From sequence record KX452698: DNA of 64,000 bases. One strand, 5' to 3'. A program made the translations under genes and the position numbers. The notes under the pieces were generated by a model. The model was given only the letters and a program-made list of their open reading frames with translations, searched no databases and was not told the DNA's origin. The DNA is from Shigella phage KNP5. Shown here one piece after another: positions 57,695-64,000 of the stretch (positions are counted from its first letter, which is position 1; every line of letters starts with the position of its first letter).

Positions 57695-57988
57695 TTATTC
57701 ACCTACCACTTCAGCGATGATATTTTTATTATTAAAGTTTTTATCGCAATACAGAACATAATTATACTGCATTACACCACCAGACTTAAGCTGTTTTTGC
57801 ACTTCAGCTTTCATTTCAGGACGGTCACGCTCAACGATATTCATAATATCTGCTTCAATTTGAGTTTCAACTTCAGTCTGATCTGCAGTCATAGACCATT
57901 CACACAAATCTTTGTCATAACCCGCCATAGCAGGCTGAGCAGCACAAGAAGATAAAGCAAAAATTGTAGCAAAGATAAATTTTTTCAT
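57695..57988 (-). CDS. sp: spackle periplasmic protein
   Basis: 97 aa with cleavable signal peptide; position between 61 and 41. Confidence 0.7.
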   Translation of the reverse strand: MKKFIFATIFALSSCAAQPAMAGYDKDLCEWSMTADQTEVETQIEADIMNIVERDRPEMKAEVQKQLKSGGVMQYNYVLYCDKNFNNKNIIAEVVGE

Positions 57989-58046
57989 GATAATCTCCTC
58001 AGTAGTTTATGTTTATAGTATCTCAATTTCCAATAAAAGTAAACAA

Positions 58047-58346
58047 TTATTTTAAAACTTCTGCATAATCACATGTTACAAACTGTTTCTCTAACTTGAC
58101 GATTTTACGAAAGTATCTTTTGCATTGGCGAATCTGTCGCTTCGTAGGGCGCACAGCAAACTTAATAAATTCTACTCGACCAGATGGAGGACTTTCTTCT
58201 GGTGGAATATCTAATACCAATTCCCACGTATCTGCAATAAGTGCTTTGAATTGAGTATTTTTCCTGACGTTATACGGTGTAGGTTTAAATAAAACAATAT
58301 GCATATTATCCTCGGCAATCCACTTCGCATACTTTCTTGTCATCAA
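58047..58346 (-). CDS. hypothetical protein, 99 aa (61.4-like by position)
   Basis: ORF track. Confidence 0.5.
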   Translation of the reverse strand: MMTRKYAKWIAEDNMHIVLFKPTPYNVRKNTQFKALIADTWELVLDIPPEESPPSGRVEFIKFAVRPTKRQIRQCKRYFRKIVKLEKQFVTCDYAEVLK

Positions 58347-58488
58347 TGAAAGCTTTAACTAATGCTTTATTAACTTCAGCATATTGAGTAGTAGCCCATT
58401 GAACGTCATCTTTCATCATTGTGATTTCTTTAGTAAACATGCTTTCATTCTTAAACCACCCCATAAAAACTACCTTTACCAATTCCAT
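58306..58488 (-). CDS. dmd: Dmd (discriminator of mRNA degradation; RnlA/LsoA antitoxin mimic)
   Basis: 60 aa; MELVKVVFMGWFKNE... consistent with T4 Dmd as recalled; immediately upstream region of gene 41. Confidence 0.7.
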   Translation of the reverse strand: MELVKVVFMGWFKNESMFTKEITMMKDDVQWATTQYAEVNKALVKAFIDDKKVCEVDCRG

Positions 58489-58513
58489 AACAATCTCCTC
58501 ATTTAACCAACAA

Positions 58514-58547
58514 GACTACTATACCATAGTCTTGTCGGCTTGTAAAC
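58514..58547 (-). promoter_or_regulatory. T4-type early promoter upstream of dmd
   Basis: Minus-strand GTTTAC, spacer containing CAAGACT..AGTCTTG inverted repeat, TGGTATAGT. Confidence 0.5.
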
Positions 58548-59974
58548 TAAAATTTTAATTCATTTGCCAAAGCATCTAACTGAGCTCGAGCAGATTCGTT
58601 TCTTTGATAGCGATTCTGCTCAGCCTGAATCTGCTGTGAACCTGCTACTTCGTTCACTTCAGTTGGAGTAGAATCTTGTTCAATTTCTACCCATTTCTGA
58701 TTTCCTTTTTGAACACCCATCAAAAACTTATTCCATTTATTCTTATCACCGTATCGTGATTTGATTTGCTTAATGAGTTGTTGTTCAGCAGCTGCTAGCT
58801 CCTCGGTTTCAATGACCGCAAGCATAAAATCAGCTGTTGCTGGAAGACCGGCAGATTCTGCAATATCGCTCATGTTAACATCAGAAGAATCCCAAGCTTG
58901 CTTACCAACCTGTGCTGCGGTCCAAAGAACAGTTTCGGTTTCAACAGCCAGAGCGCGCAATTCCTCTGCAATAGCTTTAACAGTCGTGTAACTATTTTCT
59001 GAATAAACTCTAATGCGGCAAGATTTACAAATACCCAGATAGTCAACAATAATGATTGTTGGAACAAAATTCTTCTTGAGCTTCAATTCGTTCAAAAGCG
59101 ACCGAAATGTATTAGCGTCTGCTCCACCAGTAGGATATTGCTTAACGATTAAACGACCGAGAGTAGATTTCTCACGCCATTTTTCCATTTTTCCTTTATA
59201 CTCAGCGTAAGAAATATGCCCGTCATCAATGTCATCAAGAGAAACATCAAGCATATTAGCGTCAATACGCTTAGCACAAACTTCTTCTGCCATTTCCATG
59301 GAAATGTAAAGAACATTATGTCCGAGCTGCAAATAATCTGCTGCCAATGAACACAGACCTAATGACTTACCGACGTTAACACCAGCCATTAAAACGTTCA
59401 GTGTTCCAGTTTCAGCTCCGCCTTTAGTAATTTTATTTAGAATTTTGAGTTTAAATGGAACCTTACGAGCTTTATTCATATAAGATAGCCAACGTGCTTC
59501 GTAGTCATCCATCCAATCATGACCAACGTAGCTATCAAATGAAATTGATAATGCTTGGCGCATGATGTCAGGAATAGCACCTACATCTGGCATTTTCTTA
59601 TTTCGTTTTTCCGGAGGAAGCTCAGCATTAGTTTGAATTTCAATTATTTTAGACGTAGCATTAAACATCGCCCTTTGCTGAACATATTTTTCTGTTTCTT
59701 TTACTAACCAGCTGTGGTCTTCTGGAGAATCGGCTAGTTTCGAAATAAGTGTTTTTACACCAGAATATTCTGTTTCAGTAAATGAACTATTTTCTAATGC
59801 AACATTTAACGCATTAATAGATGGAACGCTATGGTACTCATTAACATGAGATTTAATTAATTTGAATGTATTTTTAGCTGGACCACTTTCAAAATATTCT
59901 GAATCCATATATGGCCAAACTTTTGAAAAATAAGCTTGATCAAATATGAGATGAGAAAGAATAATTTCTACCAC
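58547..59974 (-). CDS. 41: replicative DNA helicase gp41 (DnaB family)
   Basis: 475 aa; Walker A GVNVGKS; size and position. Confidence 0.95.
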   Translation of the reverse strand: MVEIILSHLIFDQAYFSKVWPYMDSEYFESGPAKNTFKLIKSHVNEYHSVPSINALNVALENSSFTETEYSGVKTLISKLADSPEDHSWLVKETEKYVQQRAMFNATSKIIEIQTNAELPPEKRNKKMPDVGAIPDIMRQALSISFDSYVGHDWMDDYEARWLSYMNKARKVPFKLKILNKITKGGAETGTLNVLMAGVNVGKSLGLCSLAADYLQLGHNVLYISMEMAEEVCAKRIDANMLDVSLDDIDDGHISYAEYKGKMEKWREKSTLGRLIVKQYPTGGADANTFRSLLNELKLKKNFVPTIIIVDYLGICKSCRIRVYSENSYTTVKAIAEELRALAVETETVLWTAAQVGKQAWDSSDVNMSDIAESAGLPATADFMLAVIETEELAAAEQQLIKQIKSRYGDKNKWNKFLMGVQKGNQKWVEIEQDSTPTEVNEVAGSQQIQAEQNRYQRNESARAQLDALANELKF

Positions 59975-59983
59975 ACTTACTCC

Positions 59984-60346
59984 TTAAAAGAATTTAAATT
60001 TTTTCTTTGACCTTTTATTAAATGCATCTTGTAGTTGCATTGTAATACATTTTTCTACATGAGGAGCTAACTCAGCTTTTCTTTCTTGGTCAAGAACAGC
60101 AAAGTCCATTACGACTTTTCCATCAACCCAATCTAATTTTGTCACATACACAATGTGTGTAGAACCGTCTTCTAGTTTAATGACAATCTCCTGGATAACA
60201 TTTTCCATGGCAGATTTAATTATCTTAAGAGATTCATTAAAAAGACGTTCTTTTCTTTCTTCTTCCCCCTCCGAAGAGGGGGATTCGTCGATAATTTCTA
60301 GATCTAAATCTAAATCATCTTTATTCATTAAATTCTTCCATATCAC
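59984..60346 (-). CDS. 40: head vertex assembly chaperone gp40
   Basis: 120 aa (possibly 114 from second ATG); position between uvsX and 41. Confidence 0.6.
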   Translation of the reverse strand: MIWKNLMNKDDLDLDLEIIDESPSSEGEEERKERLFNESLKIIKSAMENVIQEIVIKLEDGSTHIVYVTKLDWVDGKVVMDFAVLDQERKAELAPHVEKCITMQLQDAFNKRSKKKFKFF

Positions 60347-61502
60347 TTAACTGATCTAGGTCAGTTTCTAAATCAGCTGCTGATTTACTTTTACTTTCTG
60401 GAGATTTAAATTTTTCAACCTTTGAGTTAATCAATTCATCAACTTCAGCTTCAACAATTTCATTACTATCAATAGCACCTAACTGATAAGCACGTTTAAT
60501 AGCATCTCGGAATGGTTGATGCTTAAATAAAGGACCCCAGAATGTAGTGCAGTTGGTATCTTTTGCACGCCAAGATTTTTCTTCGCGAATCATCTCACCG
60601 GTTTCTTCGTCAAGAAATTCACGAGCATACCAGCCATTTTTAGGTTTTACCACAAATCCTAATTCAAGAGCCATATCTAACAATCCAGAATAAGGATCGA
60701 TACCACCGTCAAATTTAACATCAATAAAGAATTTACTTTTTTCTTTAACGGTACGAGATTTTTCTACATTTAGAACAAATTGATACCCCTGAAGATCAGA
60801 ACCATCTTTAATCTGGCGCTTACCGATAATGAATACAGTATCAGCCGAATACATTACGCCTGTACCACCTGTCATCACGGTTTTACTAAACATTTCAATT
60901 GTTTCAATTGTATGGTTAACCGCAACACATGGAATGTTTTTAATACTAAAATAAGGAGTAACAATACGGAATAATGACTTCAGTGATTTAGCACGAGTCA
61001 TATCTGCCACAGATTTTTCATTCAAGGCATCTTCCGTTTCTTTCTTAGAAGCCATATTACCGATTGAGTCGATGAATACAATAACTTTTTCACCACGCTC
61101 AATAGCTTCAAGCTGATTCACCATATCAATTTTCAGCTGTTCAACTGACTGGATTGGTGTATGAATTACTCGTTCCGGGTCAACTCCCATGGATCGCAAA
61201 TAAGCTGGAGTAATACCAAATTCGCTATCATAAAATAGACAAACCGCGTCAGGATATTTGTTCAAATACGCCGCAACCATAGTCAAAGACATATTTGATT
61301 TAAAGTGTTTAGAAGGACCTGCAAAAATGGTTAAACCAGACTGCATACCACCATCAATCGCACCAGAAATAGCGATATTAAGCATTGGAATTTTTGTACG
61401 GATTACATCCTTTTCATTAAAGAATTTAGATGTAGTCAGTTCAGCAGTCATTTTAGAAGTGGAAGCTTTAATCAAACGGGATTTTAAATCTGCAATAGAC
61501 AT
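60321..61502 (-). CDS. uvsX: UvsX recombinase (RecA-like)
   Basis: 393 aa; sequence closely matches T4 UvsX as recalled. Confidence 0.95.
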   Translation of the reverse strand: MSIADLKSRLIKASTSKMTAELTTSKFFNEKDVIRTKIPMLNIAISGAIDGGMQSGLTIFAGPSKHFKSNMSLTMVAAYLNKYPDAVCLFYDSEFGITPAYLRSMGVDPERVIHTPIQSVEQLKIDMVNQLEAIERGEKVIVFIDSIGNMASKKETEDALNEKSVADMTRAKSLKSLFRIVTPYFSIKNIPCVAVNHTIETIEMFSKTVMTGGTGVMYSADTVFIIGKRQIKDGSDLQGYQFVLNVEKSRTVKEKSKFFIDVKFDGGIDPYSGLLDMALELGFVVKPKNGWYAREFLDEETGEMIREEKSWRAKDTNCTTFWGPLFKHQPFRDAIKRAYQLGAIDSNEIVEAEVDELINSKVEKFKSPESKSKSAADLETDLDQLSDMEEFNE

Positions 61503-61579
61503 TCATTTTTTCCATAGGCAACATTATATTTTCCTCACTGGTTAAAGATAGAGTAATTATAACACAATAAATTTAGGCA

Positions 61580-62428
61580 TTAATCAACTGCTATTGGATG
61601 AATAGCATTAAACTTATGAAACGCTTCTGATTTTTCTTTGCGTGAAACACACATGCGAAGAACCTTTAATGGCTCGTCTTCTTCACCCAACGATTTTCTC
61701 TTTTCAATATTCGATGTTTTCCAACGAGCTTGCTCTGGAAACTCTCTATTGATTTGCTCAAGAGCTCTATTATGTTTTGAATTACTACGAATTGAACTAC
61801 ATCCGCCAGGAGCCTGTGCTTTTCCAGACACAACCAGATATTTGAACAAGGCCAAATGCGGATAACCTTGATTAATTAAATTGAGAAATGCATACATATC
61901 TTCGCATAAATCAATTTTTCCATACCCAATTTGTTCTGTTGTAAGTTTCCCGAGGTCATACCAAGTATTCGTGAATCCATATGAATTTTCACGATAATTA
62001 CCCCAAGATGAAGTAATTTTAAAAATAGGTAGACGAGCATGACCGTGATAATACCCGCAATCCATGGCATCTTCAACGTATTGAATCAATTCATAGAACT
62101 GTTCACGAGTTAACTGATTAATTTTATCTACGCAGCGACGATCATCTTTCTTTCGCATTGAACTCATACGAATAGTAGTATCATCATCAATCATCCAGAT
62201 TCGTTGACCTGCATACATATCAGTAATTGCTTTACGAGTACCAGCAATTCCATTAACATCATCAGGAATAGTTATAATTTTAGCTCTAGACCCATAAGCG
62301 TCATAATAAGCTTTTTCTTCATGTTCACGTACTACAATATGAGGTTCATAATCAGTCGGAAACATATCAAGGGCAGAAACTGCCCCTACGCGTTGATAGC
62401 TTGGAATTACAAATTGAATCATTTCCAC
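61580..62428 (-). CDS. GT-A family glycosyltransferase at the beta-gt locus (probable beta-glucosyl-HMC alpha-glucosyltransferase-type)
   Basis: 282 aa; DxD-type motif IDDDTT; located between uvsX and 42 where T4 has 351 aa beta-gt. Confidence 0.6.
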   Translation of the reverse strand: MEMIQFVIPSYQRVGAVSALDMFPTDYEPHIVVREHEEKAYYDAYGSRAKIITIPDDVNGIAGTRKAITDMYAGQRIWMIDDDTTIRMSSMRKKDDRRCVDKINQLTREQFYELIQYVEDAMDCGYYHGHARLPIFKITSSWGNYRENSYGFTNTWYDLGKLTTEQIGYGKIDLCEDMYAFLNLINQGYPHLALFKYLVVSGKAQAPGGCSSIRSNSKHNRALEQINREFPEQARWKTSNIEKRKSLGEEDEPLKVLRMCVSRKEKSEAFHKFNAIHPIAVD

Positions 62429-63159
62429 TCACCACTATAATCTTTTTTCGCAATATGGGTTTCGCCAGTTTTCCACCAATGGTCAACCAAATAAAAATGA
62501 CGGGAATACACATGAAGGCTTCCGACATTCCATATAATAGAACCTGCTTTATACTGACGAGTTGAATCACCTGCATTCAAATCAGATACTAATTTATCTA
62601 GTACGTATTTTTGCCATGCATAATCATTACGGAATCCGAAGACCACGTCATTTGAACGCATGCTTACTACTGCATTGACTTTCTTATCACGAATCAGGTA
62701 CTGTACTGTATTCGTACACATGAAATCTGACATACCATCTTTATTGTAGTCAAACTGCATGGATGGACGAGTATAAATCATGATACCGCGTCGAGAATCA
62801 GGATTTTGACCAAGTTCAGCTAAACACATATCATATTGGGCATAGTTATCTTCTGACCAGATGGCCCAACCATAATTCGAATTAATTTCGCCTTTAGAAG
62901 ATGCTACCTGCTGCCAAATCTTCGGTGTTTCACCCGGAATATCTTTAACAAACAAACTTTTAGATTTATACCATTCAAGTTCACGCTGAATGTATTCATC
63001 ATTAAGAGCGCCAAAAATAAACGGTTCATCTGCTACAAATGATGCGCCAATAATTTCAATAGTTTTAACGCCAGTTTTATCAACTACGAAATCTTTTTCC
63101 TTTAATGCAAGCCCCAAATGAAGACGGATTTCTTCAACTGTCATAGAGTCACTAATCAT
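62419..63159 (-). CDS. 42: dCMP hydroxymethylase gp42
   Basis: 246 aa; thymidylate-synthase-like fold; size and position. Confidence 0.92.
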   Translation of the reverse strand: MISDSMTVEEIRLHLGLALKEKDFVVDKTGVKTIEIIGASFVADEPFIFGALNDEYIQRELEWYKSKSLFVKDIPGETPKIWQQVASSKGEINSNYGWAIWSEDNYAQYDMCLAELGQNPDSRRGIMIYTRPSMQFDYNKDGMSDFMCTNTVQYLIRDKKVNAVVSMRSNDVVFGFRNDYAWQKYVLDKLVSDLNAGDSTRQYKAGSIIWNVGSLHVYSRHFYLVDHWWKTGETHIAKKDYSGEWK

Positions 63160-63166
63160 TTAAACC

Positions 63167-63316
63167 TCAATTGATACATTCATATTTAACTTGTAACAGT
63201 AATAAACCCCAACCTATAATAAGTGTCGGAATCATACAAGGAACCGTTACGCTATAGTATATACTTATTATAATCATCAAGATTAAAAGCAATACTGCTA
63301 AAATTTTGCTTTTCAT
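63167..63316 (-). CDS. small membrane peptide, about 49 aa
   Basis: Manual translation; ATGA overlap with imm stop; coordinates approximate. Confidence 0.3.
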   Translation of the reverse strand: MKSKILAVLLLILMIIISIYYSVTVPCMIPTLIIGWGLLLLQVKYECIN

Positions 63317-63564
63317 TCCTTCTCTCTGATGATAATTACTTGATTTGGTTGTGCAGATTTTTTAGTTTCACCCGCAATTGACCAAATAAATGTAATAAAC
63401 CAACCAATAATTGACCAGTTAAACAGTAAAAATGTAAAAAAGATTCCTACTGTCGATTTTGACCCACGCATCAAGGCGATGAACCACGGAAGCATGTATA
63501 TAATAATAGCCAACACGCCTGAAACTAAAACCATAAAAATTGAACCTGCTACTAAAGTTTCCAT
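63313..63564 (-). CDS. imm: superinfection immunity protein Imm
   Basis: 83 aa; two TM helices; position next to 42. Confidence 0.85.
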   Translation of the reverse strand: METLVAGSIFMVLVSGVLAIIIYMLPWFIALMRGSKSTVGIFFTFLLFNWSIIGWFITFIWSIAGETKKSAQPNQVIIIREKE

Positions 63565-63571
63565 GTTTTCC

Positions 63572-63952
63572 TCACTTAGTCAAATTTTTTACGCATGAAT
63601 TATAAGAATTCACTACATACTCCATCGGAGCATTTTTACCAGTACGCCATTGGTAATTATTAGCCCAATTAGCCCAAAGTTCAGCACAGTAGTTTTCAAT
63701 TTTTTCTTCACGTGTAATTACATCTGAATTACGATATGCTTGAGCAGATTCATCTGGACGAATAGCTTCGTCAAAATTCGCCTGCATTTGTTCTACTGTC
63801 TGTTTTGGAGCTTCTTTATAACACTTAACATTAGGATTATAAAATTTGCTTGAACAATTTACAATTTTTCCTGCATCAGACTGATTTACTACTGGTCCTT
63901 GAGCTACACAACCAGTAAGACCTAATGCAATAACCAAAATAGCGATTTTCAT
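63572..63952 (-). CDS. putative lipoprotein, 126 aa
   Basis: Signal peptide with lipobox LTGC. Confidence 0.5.
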   Translation of the reverse strand: MKIAILVIALGLTGCVAQGPVVNQSDAGKIVNCSSKFYNPNVKCYKEAPKQTVEQMQANFDEAIRPDESAQAYRNSDVITREEKIENYCAELWANWANNYQWRTGKNAPMEYVVNSYNSCVKNLTK

Positions 63953-64000
63953 AACAATTTCCTCAAATACAAGTAGTAATTACTCCAGTAGTGCTTATAC

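Noticed and set aside
63953-64000. Possible 3' end of gene 43 (DNA polymerase) at the window edge
   Set aside because: Only about 35 nt of a minus-strand frame ending in a stop are present; too short to support an annotation.

Overview
This window is a contiguous stretch of a T-even (T4-like, Tevenvirinae) myophage genome, colinear with the T4 map from the gene 30.x/rIII/31 region through cd, pseT, alc, rnlA(63), denA, nrdB, nrdA, td, frd, 32, 59, 33, dsbA, rnh, the long tail fibre operon 34-35-36-37-38, holin t, asiA, arn, motA, 52, ac, stp, ndd, denB, rIIB, rIIA, 39, dexA, dda, modA/modB, soc, 56, 61, sp, dmd, 41, 40, uvsX, a glucosyltransferase, 42 and imm. Identifications come from reading the translated ORFs against remembered T4 protein sequences and gene order; no database search was possible. 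Early and middle genes are on the minus strand, the tail fibre/holin block on the plus strand. The phage looks T2/T6-like rather than T4 itself: td and nrdB are uninterrupted (no group I introns or intron homing endonucleases), gene 39 is one fused 605-606 aa ORF (no gene 60 split or bypass), gp38 is a 259 aa glycine-rich adhesin, and a 282 aa GT-A glycosyltransferase sits at the T4 beta-gt locus. I did not find a clearly novel multi-gene system. The most notable observations are an in-frame ochre codon splitting the anti-restriction gene arn, a 68-codon ORF wedged between frd and td, a gp37 C-terminal autoproteolytic chaperone domain, a 56-61 interval with no room for dam, a 355 bp ORF-free GC-richer region near rIII, and recurrent terminator-plus-early-promoter modules including a near-identical ~37 bp repeat. 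The ORF track uses TTG/GTG as well as ATG starts, so several track starts are upstream-extended; starts were trimmed where a conserved N-terminus or Shine-Dalgarno made the real start clear. Coordinates of promoters and hairpins are hand-counted and may be off by a few nucleotides.
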